The position numbers were made by a program, and so were the translations under genes. Positions 14,926-27,887 of a stretch of DNA of 64,000 nt are shown in pieces. Origin of the DNA: the human T2T-CHM13v2.0 reference genome, Homo sapiens; the NCBI RefSeq assembly GCF_009914755.1, contig NC_060926.1; one strand, 5' to 3'. The notes under the pieces are model-generated. The model searched no databases. It saw only the letters and a list, made by a program, of their open reading frames with translations, and was not told the origin of the DNA. Numbering within the stretch: position 1 is the stretch's first letter; every line of letters starts with the position of its first letter.

Positions 14926-15769
14926 GTTAGGTATTAGATTGTGTTTAAATGCAAAATCAAACAAAACTTGGAGTAAGAAAAATATTCCTCAACCAGGTTT
15001 GAGAGATCCCTATTTAAAAATTATTCCAGGATAGGGGCTAAGGTCTATGCATTGTAGATGAAACCTTTGGTAATACAGGTGTTCCACACCCAGCTTAAAT
15101 AATACTCTTGACCTTCATTCACAGAACAAAATATACAGCTGGATGTTTGTCACAATTCTAATGTCCCTGCAAAGATGAGATGCATGAATCACACAGCAAT
15201 CTCATCAAAAAGGTAAGAAAACAAGGGTATGTTTTATCCTGATGGATTTTACTAGCTTATATCCAATCACTTTTATTGTTTCATCTTCCTTTCCAAGAAA
15301 TGAGTTCCTTTTTTTCTCCTTTCAAAAACTAGCTGGCTGCTTAACGCCCCGTATACAGCTAGTATTAAACTTTATCTCTTTGCAATTAGTGTTTGTGCAC
15401 AGAGCAATTAATTAGATTACAGTATTGGTCACGTTTGTATCTCACAAGAAACTAAAGGACCAAAATGCTGATGTCTAGAGAAAGAATCACTTCAATGACT
15501 TTGATTAATCTGCTATAAAACATCCTCAAGCCCTCCAACAGATGTAATACTTTATCCCTTGGCTCCCGTTTGCATTTTATAGTTGGAGTTGGGAACAGAC
15601 AGGCTTCATATGTGTGTAATTGCTTCTGAGCAGAGGGACTAGTGTAATAATTTGGACTGAACTCTCCAGTTTATGGTTTCAGAACTTTCTCCAAACACAT
15701 CAGTCTGGTCACATACCACCATTAAAATATGATGTGTATATGAGAATCAGAGCACTTGCTAGCAGACCT

Positions 15770-16010
15770 ATAACATTAATATTTAAGATTAATTGAACAT
15801 TTACTGTATGTCAAGAACTATGCTATGTAGTTTGCATGTATTATCTCACCATAATAATACTGGTATAGTTACTATTTCTTTTAGGTAGTTGTGGAAATTA
15901 GGTGCAGAGGGGCAAAGCAATTTAGCTAGATTCTCAGCTAGGAAGTAGCAGAGCTGGAGTTCAAAATCAAGCAGACTGACTCCAGAGCTCATGTTCTTGA
16001 CAAACTTTTT
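15770..16010 (-). mobile_element. MIR
   Basis: ATTGAACATTTACTGTATGTCAAG...GGAAGTAGCAGAGCTGGAGTTCAAA...CTGACTCCAGAGC. Confidence 0.75.
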
Positions 16011-17644
16011 TACTGACTTCCAATACACCACCAAACAGGCCTGCAGTACCACATTAGCTAATGTGGTCCCAAGAGCTCAACTCAAGGAAGCAGAGAGAAT
16101 GGCCAAGGGACTCTGACAGAAACATGCAGGTCTGTCTTCTTCCTGGGGTCATGAGGAAGAGGGTAGCATTGCTCTGAGGCCTGCCCATAGAGCCCAGCAT
16201 GGCAGGTCCTTCAGTCTCATCAGGGATTGGGGTGTGTGTGTTTGGGGGTAAGAGGGGAGAAGTGCACAAAGAGAAACTGTAGAATTCTTGGAAAGGAACT
16301 CTCCTCATATGACCGCAGGGAGATGGGCAAGACCCGGTGTGAGAACCAAATGCAGCGCTTGTTCAGAGCCTCTCTCACATGGGGACTGAGAGGTCCTGAT
16401 GACAACAAGGCCTTCCTAGGTGTGCTCTTTGCTGAGGGATGGGGCATCCTTCTGTGCTGTTAGTCATTTTTCCTAACTCACTCACCTAAGGTGAGGAATC
16501 ATTTTTCCTTTCTAGAGGTCTTTCCTTCTGCTTCAGGCCCTCTAGACTCAGCCACTCCTGTCTCCCTCACTATTGTCAGATGTCTCCAGACTCTAACCAC
16601 CAGTATTTCAGGCCCAAGGGATCTCAGACTTGTCATTCTCTTTAGTACTGCAGCATTCCCCAGAGGAGAGAACCAGAAATCCCGTAGAAAATGCAGAAGT
16701 AGAAGGTATCTCATAGAAGTGATACCTAGGAGTTCTTGCCACACAAACAGGACTGTTGGCATAGAAGTTCTCGTTATGTTGGGTCCAGATATATTTTAGG
16801 TCCATGGTATCTGGAGGCTAATGTAAACAACCTCTCAGGAAGAATATGCGTGGGCCTAATTGTGCACAATTTTAAACAGCAATAAAAAAAATTCTCTGGG
16901 GTGGAGGGTGGGGTGCAGTGCACCGTTATATTGAGGATCCAGTAGTAATAAGGCTCAGAGAATAGAGACCCCAATGAATGGCTCCAGGTCTAGAATAATT
17001 TTAGGCATCTTTCCTCTCAGGGGCATGGACCAAAGTCTTGTTTTGGTCTACATATTCTATTGACCAATTTTCATTTTAACATTTGTTCCAGAGATAGATA
17101 GGAATTGTTCCTTGGGGCCCCATTTTGGCTCAGTGTGATCAGTTTATCTTGCACTCTGCTATGCTAGAGTAGGATGTCCATACCACAGCCTAAAAAAGAG
17201 TTTCAAATTCTTTCCCTGAGAAAGGCTACACTGTGTTTCCTCCAGACACTTCATTTACTTTCTGATACCCAGGTATGTGAATACTGTTGGTAGTGCCATG
17301 AAGTCATCATTTATGGGCAGACTTCTTGCACTGATCCTTTAATGCACAAAGGTTATAATAGGCTCAAAGGCACATTTTGGAAAATGGAAATGAATTAGGG
17401 CTTTTGCTTCTAGCCTCACTATGAACCTCAGAGAAAAACAAAAGGATGAATCACTTCCCTAAGTTACTATTTGGGTGTAATAGGTGCACCTTCTCTCTCT
17501 AGGGCTCTCCTTCCCTCTTGTTTTCTCTCTTCTTCTTCCTCTCTTTTTCTTCTGACCTTCAATGGTGATTATGATTTTTATTTGATAAGTTGGCCCCACC
17601 ATTCTTATAGTCTATTTATTTCTTGACTTATTTGACTGAAAAAA

Positions 17645-19850
17645 TTGTTAATAGATTTATTGAGATATAATTTATGCAGCTTACAACTTATTCATTTAAA
17701 GTAAATAATTCAATAGTTTCCATATAGTTACAGAGCTGTACAACCATTACCACTATCAATATTAGAACATTTTCATTACAACCAAATGGAATCCTGTATC
17801 CATTAGCAGTCAGTTATTTCTCCTCATCTTTATCCAGCCATAAGCAATCACTAAGCTACTTGTCTGTTCCTATGCATTTGCCCAGTTAAGATCTTTCATA
17901 AAAATGGAATCTTACAATGCATGGTCTTTTGCGACAGGCTTTTATTTACTCAGCATAGTAAAATCCATTCAAGTTTTAAGATATATCCATATTTCATTCA
18001 TTTTTATGGTGTAATAATATTCTCTTTTATGTCTTTTATGGATAGAGCACATTTGATTTATTTATTAAACATTTGGCAGAAATTTGAGTTCTTTACACAT
18101 TTTTGCTACTATGGATAGTGCTACTATGAATATCCACGCACAAGTTTTTGTATGGACCTACGTTTTCATTTCTTTAGTGTATATACATAGGAGTGAAATT
18201 TTTGGGTACTGTGATAACTCCATGTTTAACCTTTTGAGGAACTGTCAAACTATTTTCCCAATTCACTTCATCATTTTAAATTCCCACCAGCAATTCATAA
18301 GGATTCTAATATCTCTATATTTTACCACCACGTTATTATCTGTCTTTTTAATTATAGCCATATATTTTCACTGATGATGTCTTTTCAAGGACAAAAGATT
18401 TTAATTTTTATAAAGTCCAATTTATCTGTCACTTGTGCATTTTTTGGTGTTTTATCCAAGAAGATTACTCCCAAGTTTTCCTAAAAGAGTTTCATAATTT
18501 TAGGTTTTACATTTAAGTTTATGAGTATTTTTGTGTTTGGTGTGAGGAAGGTGTCCAAATTCATGCTTTTGTATGTGGATAGATATCAGGATGTCCCAGC
18601 ACCATTTATTGAAAATATAATTATTTCCCCATTGAATTGTATTGACACCTTTGTTAAAATCCAATTAACCATATATGTAATGGTTTATTTCTGGAATCCC
18701 AGTTCTGTTTCAATGATCTTTGTGTCTCTTCTTATGCCTGTACCACACTACTTTTGCAGCAAGTTTTGAAACTGGAAGGAGTGAGTCCTCCAGCTTTTCT
18801 CTTATTCAAGACTGTTTTGGCTATTCTGACATCCCAGCATTTCCACATGAATTTTAGGATTTTCTTGTCAATTTCTTCCGAAATGGAAGCTAAGATTGTG
18901 TTGAATCTGTAGATCAGTTTGAATAAATTGGCATCTTAAAATATTAGGGGTTTCAATCCATAAGCACAGGCTTTCTTTCCACTCATTTAAATCTTCTTTA
19001 GTATTTTCAACAAGTTTTTATAGTTTTCAGAGTATAAGCTTTATATTTCTTTTGTTAAATTTATTCCTAAACATTTTACTATTTTTAATATAATTATAAA
19101 TTGAATTGTTTTCTTAATTTTATTTTGGATTTTTCATCTCTAGTATAAAGAAATACAACTGATATTTGTATATCCTGTAAACTTGCTAAATTCATTTATT
19201 ATCCCTAATAGTTCTCTTGTGAATTTCATAAGATTTTTCTATATACGAGATCATGTCACCTGTATATACAGACAATTTTACTTATTTTCAAATTTGAATG
19301 CTATTTTTTTCCATCTAATTGCCCTTATTAGAACCTTCACTAGTATGCTAAATGGAATTGAAAAAAGCAGACGTTCATGTCTTGTTCCTGATCTTAAGGG
19401 GAAAGCATTCAGTCTTTGATCTTTAAGTATTATGTTACATGTAGGGTTTCCATAGACACCCTTTATTATGATGAAAAAGCTACCTTCTATTCCTGGTTTG
19501 TTGAGTGTTGTTGTGGTGGTGGTTTTATCAATAATGGGCATTGGGTTTGTAAAATGCTCTTCCTGCATCTATTGGGATATTTATGTGGCTATTGTTCTTT
19601 GTTCTACTGATGTGGTGCATTCCATCAAATGATTTTCACAGGTTAAACAAATCTCGCATTATTGGGATAAATCCGACTTGATTATGGTATATGTTTCTTT
19701 TCATATGGTTAGATTCAGTTTGCTACTCTTTTATTGAGGACTTTTGCATCATCATTCATAACAGGTAGTGGTCCATAGTTTTATTTTCTTGTAATATCTT
19801 TGTCTGAATTTAGTATCAGGGTAACACTGGCCTCATAGATTGGGTTGGGT
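17645..19850 (-). mobile_element. L1MB-type element, 5'-truncated, with ORF2 RT remnants
   Basis: TTTATTGAGATATAATTTA 3' end; ORF 19278-19568 contains NPTCNIILKDQRLNAFPLRSGTRH, matching the L1 RT region. Confidence 0.92.
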
Positions 19851-21058
19851 TATTTGATTTCTTGCATGGACTCTGCTCAGCCAGAATATAAGCTCATTTG
19901 AGTAAAATCAAAGCCAAAGACTTACATACTAGTAACTCGATAAATGTGGGATGAACTGAATTGATTTGGTGGACTCCTTTCATCAGAGTGTTCTACCAAG
20001 TCATAAGGAAATGGCCTATTTTCTTTCTTTCTCAAATTCTACCTGGGTTCTCACTCCAAAATTTATGAAACAATGAATATCCCTTATTTCATATATTTGG
20101 TTGGAAATAGAGCAGGCTGATCATTTGTTTTGCCTTCATTCAAATTCCAGCCCATCTGCAAATTTATCAAGGCCTATAAAAGTCTTAAATTTTGACAAAT
20201 ATTTTGACCTTTTTATGATTTTATGTTAATACATTAATATAGTAAGTATTGAAAAATGAATGAAAAAACATTGGAATAAACACATTTATCAATATGGACA
20301 TAATTTTAACAGATGAAATTTGTTAATTTTTAAATTAAATATCTACATATTAATGAAAAATTCTGCAGCATTACAAACAAGATTAGAGTAAAATATATGA
20401 TTGTTGCCCATTCAAAAATATTTCTTGGTCACCTATCATGCTTAAACAAATAAAAGATAAATGTTAGGTTGAAGTTATTTGTCTATATAGGGACTTGAGA
20501 TAATTATTATGATATGTTTTTGTAAAAAAAATTCTACCAAATATAAATACTTCGATTGTATTGATTTTAACATGTATAGATAGAATGTTATGCACACATA
20601 CATAATGCATGCATATATAATGCATATATACCCACATGTATTGTCATGTCCAGATATTGGACTTAAGAATGGTGATTTAGTTATTTTTCTTCATCGTTGT
20701 TCTTCTTGGTGCTATAATTCAAATGTAATCCAGTCACAAAGGTGAAAACAGTAGAATTTAGATGGGGAAAAGAAAAAAGAAGAAAAAAATACATTTTATA
20801 TTGAATATGCATTGACTTGTTCTTACTCCAGGGTGGCTATTACTCCACTGTTTAAAGCTTACCAGGTTCCAGTTCACTTTGAATTAAGAAACATTGATTG
20901 ATGTTGTTGGTTTCCAAGCACTGGCTCCACTCTCTGATATGAAGAGATGCATATATCATTATTATGTGCTTATATCATTAAGGTGCTCACTATTGGATGG
21001 GAAGATGTGTACCCTATATCCTACAGGAAATTGTGAAGGCCTAAGGAATATTCTAAAG

Positions 21059-21274
21059 TAAGGTTTATCAAACTATGGCTTACAGCCAAATCTAGCCTGC
21101 TGCCTGTTTTTATAAATACAATTTTATTGGAGCAAAGTCATCCTCATTCATTTTATTCTCTACAGCTGCTTTCTTGCTACAACAGAGTGGATTAGTCATG
21201 GTAGAAATTGTATGTCCTGCAAAGCCTAAAATGTTTACGTTCTGGCCGTTTACAGAACAAGTTACCAACTCCTT
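21059..21274. mobile_element. MER58A (hAT-Charlie MITE)
   Basis: CAAACTATGGC...GCCAAATCTAGCCTGCTGCCTGTTTTTATAAATA...GCAAAGCCTAAAATGTTTAC...TTTACAGAA. Confidence 0.85.
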
Positions 21275-21609
21275 TTCCAAGAAGTCTGCTACTTCTTCAT
21301 ATTCATCTGAAGGAATAAAGAAAATGCTAACCTCTTCGTTTAAACTATGCTAATATCAACTGACTACTACTGAAATACAGAGCTAATAGTCACTTAGAAA
21401 TTAGGAAAGATTTTCTGGTGACGGCTGAGGCTAGTACTAAAGATAAGGAAAGGACTCTATTCAGTAAACATAAGAGATCTTTCTCCAAGTAGAGAGGAAG
21501 ACCCAGGTAAAAGTAGATGTAGAGATTAACAAACATACTACTCACCTCTCTGGATCAAGACAAAAATTATGTGGACATTTTTCAAAACCCATTATACACT
21601 GGCAGAAGA

Positions 21610-21815
21610 GTTCTGCTTCATGCAGTCCAGACTTCAGAGATCCAGACTTCTTGCACCTGTTGCTCTCTCCTCCAGGTCCTCAGCACCCTACTGATTCAGC
21701 TGGCAGAAAGGAAAGAGTATGAGTGCATTACCTAAGGATGGCTCACATTATGCCCATTCATTCCATTGGCCAAACACACCTGATTGCAAGGGAGCTAGAA
21801 CATGAAGGCTAGAAC
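21610..21815 (-). mobile_element. Old MaLR (MLT1-like) LTR fragment
   Basis: CATTCCATTGGCCAAA...GCAAGGGAGCTAG motif; highly degenerate. Confidence 0.45.
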
Positions 21816-23479
21816 TCTGTCATATTGCCATATTTCTTCACCTTTCTTTTCAGTCTCATTCTGAAGACCTTAGGACTCAGGCTAAAGCCACATTTTTACT
21901 GCCTCCTCTGAATATCTTCATCCACAGCAACCTCCTCTCCCCTTACTTACTGTAAACTTAATGCAGGTAATTTATTTAAAAAAAAAAGCAGTGACTGAGC
22001 TGCCTTTATATATTAGGGAAGTAAGATAAATCACCAAAAATGAGAATTAGTTTTTTATGTTTCAAACAAATTGATGATTGTCTTATGGTAGTATACATAA
22101 CAACCCTATCCTCCCATTTTTTCCCAGGAATTTCTGGAAGGTAAGAATAAAACACAATGGACACTAAAACTTTTCTGCCCACGAAAGTAAGAGGCATTTG
22201 AGAATTGTTCACTTTATCTTATGAGGCATAGGAGAAGAGAATCCTGGAAAAAGCAAGAAGCAGGAAGATAAGAGGCAAAGAAGAAGAGAGCCCCACCCAC
22301 TGGGGCAAGCTGGGGCCCCAGGTATTGGTTGGGGAATTTCAGGCAATTGTGTTGTTTGACATTGATCTTGATTTATTTTTCTTCCCAGCCCTAGCACTAC
22401 CTCTCAGTATCTTCATATCCTTCAGTAAGTATTTATCAGATAAACATTTTTTGAGTGATATATTTTTAGTCAATGAAGGGAGAAAGAGTAGCTTACTGTG
22501 ATGAAAATTGAGCCAGTCTTGGGAGCTGAGGGCCAAAATCAGGAGATGACAACAGCAGAGACCAGGCAGCTTCATCAATGGCTGATGCAAAGAAAATCTC
22601 CCTTCTTTTTGCCCATCTCAAGCATCTTTGCGGAGCACACAGCAGACTTCTCATAGTACCTACCTTTACGTTTCAATTTTTTTTTTTTTTTTTTTTTTTT
22701 ACCAAGATCTTGAAGAAAATGGCAGTTTCAGAAAGTGGAGGACTTGTGACAGGGGTTCCTGCTGTGATCTGTGTTAGCTTTCCATGGGACTTACCCCACA
22801 TACCAAATGCCCCTTGGAGGGCATAACTGGAGACTTGGAGTTTATTGTACTTCTAACCAACCTAGGCACAGGGCGTATTATAGCTTCTTCCTAGTACTTA
22901 ATGATGTTGCTCTAAAAAAAATTCTAGTTTGCCATAACGTAAAGCCCAGGGCTGAGAAGAGTCTACCTGAAAGACAGAAAGTAAAGTTCTGCCTCTTGCT
23001 GCTGCTGAACTCTTGCACTCAAAGTAGGAGACAGCCTTGTAGATGTTGGAATCCACCGGCAAGACCTACAGACCAGCCCATGTGTGAGATGATCACAGGC
23101 TTTGCGCAGAGGAACTGTGAGCATGGATCAGAATCTAGAGCAGAAAGGGAGGTCAGGTCAGGCCTATGGTAGCCTTTTTCAGATGAAAGAGCACCAGCCT
23201 GACGAATCCATAAGAACAGGAACAACATGAAAGTACTGAGGGCCCAAATCACCAATTTTGTTCTCTGGGAATAATAAAGACACCCTGAAGTACCAAAAGT
23301 CTAGGCAAGTTATAACAGTTAAAGAATTACAATTCTATTAAAACACACCAAAGACTAACTGTGTGTTTAACTTGAATGTAACTTTTCTTCACTGATTCTA
23401 AAAGTATCCTAGGATCTTAGAGTATCTCAAGGTCATAATTGTAGATAATACTGTAATGGATTTGGCTACTGTTATTACG

Positions 23480-23715
23480 TAATCACAACTACCTTTGTTA
23501 AGTACTTACTATTATATTTTCCAGAAACCATCTTAAAGGGTGTAGATGTTTTACCTTATTTAATAATCACACCAACTTTTTGAGTTAGATGTTAATGAGA
23601 TTATTCCCATTTTTCAGAACAATAACTAAGGCTTAAAGAGGTCAAGCAACTTTGTTGGCAAAACCAGGATTTGTTCCAGTGTCTGATGACTCTGAAACAA
23701 TTGCTCTTAACTAGT
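23480..23715 (-). mobile_element. MIR
   Basis: TTATTCCCATTTTTCAGA...ACTAAGGCTTAAAGAGGTCAAGCAACTT. Confidence 0.7.
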
Positions 23716-24208
23716 CTATCACCTCTTACGTAGGGCATTGGCTCCAAATGCAAGAATCTTAAAGTTCATCCACAGAGACAAGACTCACATAGAAACCAAT
23801 ACGTATGAAAGTAATTTGGGGCTGAGTTGTGTGAAATTTTATTGGTTCTATAGCAGCTGAGAGAAGAAATAAATGTGTTAGCTGAAGAAGGCTAGAAATA
23901 GTTTATGAAAAAGTTGGATATAAGCTGGCTGCTAAGAATTGGCTAGGGGTTCTCTTTGCTGAGTGTCTGATGAGTGTCTTTGACAGTAACTCCTTCATAG
24001 ATGCTTTCTTATGATGTACCATTTAATTTTGATGAAGGTCCTGTGAAATAAGCAGAGCAGATTTTATGATCTTAGTGTTACACAGACAAGAAGCGCAAGG
24101 ACAGGAAGGGACATTGACTGTCTCTGGCTACCTTCGTGAGTTAGAGAGCAGAGACAAGGTGCAGGTCTTTGGAGTCAACCTCACCTAGTTCCTGCCACCA
24201 CTGTGTTT

Positions 24209-24270
24209 GCACACACACACACACACACACACACAAATGCACATGAGCACATATACACAAACACACACAT
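24209..24270. repeat. (CA)n microsatellite
   Basis: Visible CA run. Confidence 0.9.
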
Positions 24271-25059
24271 TCTCAGAGCAGTACATGCATGGGAAATCCT
24301 ACGTTTCAGTCCTAGAGTCCCACAAACCACAAGGCTTTAAACAGACATAGAAATCATCCCAGCAGACATATGATCCCCAACTATGCCACTACTGAGCATT
24401 TGAAGTCCATGCCTTTAGTCTTTTTATTTATAAAAATTACAGTGATCACATCATTGGAGATGAAAGGACAACTGTGATCACAGAAACTAATTAGGGAACA
24501 ATTAATAATTCAAAACTGTAATAAAGCTGTTTTATAGGCAAGAGCTATCCTGGAAATGATCCCCCAGTCCGAGATTACCCTCCCGAAGGAGATGTCTTCA
24601 AAGGAACTAAGATAATTGTCATCAACAAGGGCTGGAAGACTCTGCTTGAGAAGTTTCCTAGCAGTAAATGAATAGTCTCTTAGGTGATATAGACTGCGGG
24701 GGGCTGCCACATTCGTTTCATTGTCTTGCCATTGTCTTATGGAGACACTGACCTGGCTTTGCATTATCTAGATATCTTTAATAGTGGTGTTCCATTTTTA
24801 TACATCCGTATATATATGCTATTAGCAAGGAACCATTTGGAAAGGATTTTTCCTGAATACTTTCTCACATCAGTTACTTACGGGAAAGTGGATTGGATTT
24901 TGCATTGTCAATTTTCCAAAACTCTCACATTAGAAAATACTCTTAGCCCAGATATTTCTTTCCATATGATACATCTGCTGGTTGATCTGACTAGTAAAGA
25001 GAAAGGTTAGGTGTGGGGACTCAGGCTATCTTGAAAGACACAGAGCATATTCTCATCCA

Positions 25060-25850
25060 CTTCTATGACAATGTTTTTCAAGGTATTTTTATTTCCATTG
25101 CTTCATTCAATTCTCATGGTCCCTTGAGAGGTTGGGAGGGAAGACACATTTATTGTCATTTGACAAATGGGGACTGGGACTAAAATAGGTTCAGGACTTA
25201 CTCAGGGTAAAATTAAGTGAAATGGTGAAGCTGAACTTGAACTTGGTGTTTGTCTCCCAGTCAAACGGTCTTTCCACCTCACCAACCTCAGCTCGCCCAT
25301 TTCCCTGTGGCTTTCACTAGTGAGGCATTACTCTTATGGTTTGCGAGAGAAGTTTCCAAGTTTCTATGCCTGGTTATTTCCCTGAAAGTATCTTCTATCT
25401 CTCTTAACATCTTTCATCACAGGCATTGGGGTATTTTCCCATGCTAGGAATAAGAGGAGCAGTGTAGAGGATAAACAGGATTTGGTGCTGTCCTGTCCCA
25501 CCCTCAAATTTCAAATCCCCAGTATGTTTAGGCTCTTCCATGTTTCATGTTCCCCTGCCAAACCTGATCACAGAGCAGGATCTAACATCAGCCACTCCCT
25601 AGTGGTAGAGTAAGTTATTCCCCTTCTCAGAAATATTCACATTCTAAAGCAGATTCCTCACATAGGAAGATATGACTTTGTCTAAAGAGTCAAGAAATAC
25701 TAGCCATTAGTTATGCTTTGGCCTATGTATTAAAGATGAGAAAAGTGCATGGATAATTTTTCCTAAAATTACACTATACATGAGGAAATCCAAGTTCAAA
25801 GAGTCTACGTAACTTGCACAAGGTTATGAAGCTGGTAATAAGAGCTTATA
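25060..25850 (-). mobile_element. Two MIR fragments (about 25060-25280 and 25700-25850)
   Basis: CATTTGACAAATGGGGAC...; ATACATGAGGAAATCCAAG...GTAACTTGCACAAGGTTA. Confidence 0.5.
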
Positions 25851-25904
25851 ACAGTAAGTTTAGAAGATAAAGGTAAATAAGGTGCATAGCTAGGTGCAGC
25901 AGAC

Positions 25905-26520
25905 ACTGTGGGTCCCATACTCAACATCCATTTATACTTTCTTCAAAAAAAAATAGAACAAAGTAAAACAAAACAAACAAAAAAAACAGATCCACAATTT
26001 TTTTCTGGCATGTTACCTTCTTCATGTTGCCACAAGTTTCAAGGGAGACTGACCTCATTCAGAATTCTGTTCAATTGAATCTGTTGGTTCTTCCCTTTTT
26101 AGTGATTGGTGCAGGATTAGGGATGTAATATACAATAGGATTTTGTCTGATGATGTTCCTGGGAAAGTCTTTTGGGTATAGGGAGGTGGGAGTTTCTCAA
26201 AGAGTTTTTTTCTCACTCTTAAAGGAAGATAACAGGAAGAGTTTTGTTTTCTTTTCTTCTTCTTACCTATGGCCATTGTTATATCTGGTCAGGATGCCTG
26301 GAACAATGGGAATTATCTTGTTAACACCCTAAAGGAAAAATCAGCATTTAAGAAGGAAAGAACCTTCAGAAATACAGAGAAGAGGAAAGTAAGCCTTCAA
26401 CAGTGTGTACCTGAAGCTGCCATCTTTTGGATTTCTTGTTACAGAAGAGAGAAAATTTTCTTGTTGCTTAAGCCAATTGAGTCCATGCATTCAGTCCTGA
26501 AAATGAAGCCCTCTTAAACA
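25905..26520 (+). mobile_element. Old MaLR LTR (MLT1J/K-like)
   Basis: GTGATTGG, GATGCCTGGAAC, TGGATTTCTTGTTAC and TTGCTTAAGCCA motifs. Confidence 0.65.
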
Positions 26521-26629
26521 GTGTCCTGCTCTTTTATAAAATTCTTTTGATGGCAAGACATAACATAATGACGCTTGGATAGATGAAAGGCAGACTATTT
26601 TGTTACTTGCAGCTCTGAATGAGAGAAGG

Positions 26630-26983
26630 CTGCCAGGCAGGGCCACATAGGGGCACCCACCTGGAGGCAGGGTAGCAGCTTGTTGGAGTATGCATGGCAA
26701 GCAGGGTGTGGTTAGGTTTCAAAGGCTCCCTTTGGATTGGCTAATTTGAGTAATTTCTGGGGCATAAGTGCTGTCCTAGTTGTCTGGTACCAGGCTCCAG
26801 GGCATGGGGGCTGAGGCATAGTGGCCCTGGAGTGGGAGGTGTGTGAGAATCCCATAAGAAAGGTGGTTTGGGTGTGGACTTAACCACCTGCTCAAGAAGG
26901 GAATTTGACTAATCTTTAGCCAGTACTTCAAAACAGGCTAGTAAGTCAAGACAGGACAGTTAAAAATAAAAATAAATATTACA
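26630..26983 (-). mobile_element. ERVL-class LTR fragment, MER76-like
   Basis: GGTGTGGACTTAACCACCTGCTCAAGAAGGGAA...GTCAAGACAG...TATTACA end. Confidence 0.6.
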
Positions 26984-27128
26984 TCCAGTCAATCAAAAGG
27001 AGAAGCAGCTGCCATTGTTTGCTATTAGCCTCTGGATAAGCTTCCCAGGAAACTGAGCATTTCTTTTCTATGCCCCCAGGAACTGTGGGCAGTCCCAGTA
27101 GGTCCCTGAAGGTCACAGGCCCAGAGTG

Positions 27129-27182
27129 CACACACACCCACTACACACTACACACACACACACACGTACACACACTACACAT
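27129..27182. repeat. Interrupted (CA)n
   Basis: Visible CA-rich run. Confidence 0.8.
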
Positions 27183-27841
27183 GTGTCAGTCACTTTTCAG
27201 GAAATAATCTTGAATGGTTCGTGCCCAGAAGCCACCACTTCCTGTCCATTCCTAAGCATAGCAGGAGGCAGCATGAAGCAAAACCGTATTTAACACTACC
27301 AGAAATGAAGATGCAACCTGTGACCGCAGTGCCTCCAAATAAAGAAATAGGGCCAGGTTCGGCAGAGTATGGTATTGCTGATAAAACGGAGCTACATAAA
27401 TCCACCACCCTTCAATAAGTCTCAAATCCCCGGCTTTCTGAAGCTGCTTTACAAAGCTATCTTCTGAAACGCAAAGGATGGTCTCATTTTTATTGGAAGA
27501 TTAAGATAAGAGATAGGTTCAAAACCTCCTAAAATCTCCCCCAGGTGCAGACACATAGGAGAGAGAGTGTATCAAAAAAGAAGGGCACTGAACTATGAGA
27601 AATAGGAATAGGTATATCAATGGGGGGAAAACCAAGTTTGATTTATCCCCAAAGCTTCCTAAGGCTCAGATCTTATAGGCGATGGGATTACCTTTCAAAC
27701 CATTTTAAAGATGTATTCTGTTAGAATGATTGTTCAAATTCCGCCTGCCTGAAAGCAAAGAGAGAGACGAGAAAGGCTGCAAACTGTCTACAGGGATTCC
27801 AAGAGTTCGTACAAAAATAAGAATGTCATTGTTTTCATTGT

Positions 27842-27887
27842 TTTCTTCAAATAGCATTTCGGGATTTCTTCAAATAGCATTTCGGGA
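27842..27887. repeat. Perfect 23-bp tandem duplication
   Basis: TTTCTTCAAATAGCATTTCGGGA occurs twice head to tail. Confidence 0.97.

Noticed and set aside
16054-16974. Cluster of overlapping ORFs on both strands
   Set aside because: Locally higher GC lowers stop frequency; no homology or exon structure evident
22578-23255. Overlapping 78-133 aa ORFs
   Set aside because: No recognisable domain, one runs through a poly-T tract, and the lengths are within chance expectation
26655-26672. CTCF-like CCACCTGGAGGCAG
   Set aside because: Mismatches at key core positions and lies within an LTR fragment
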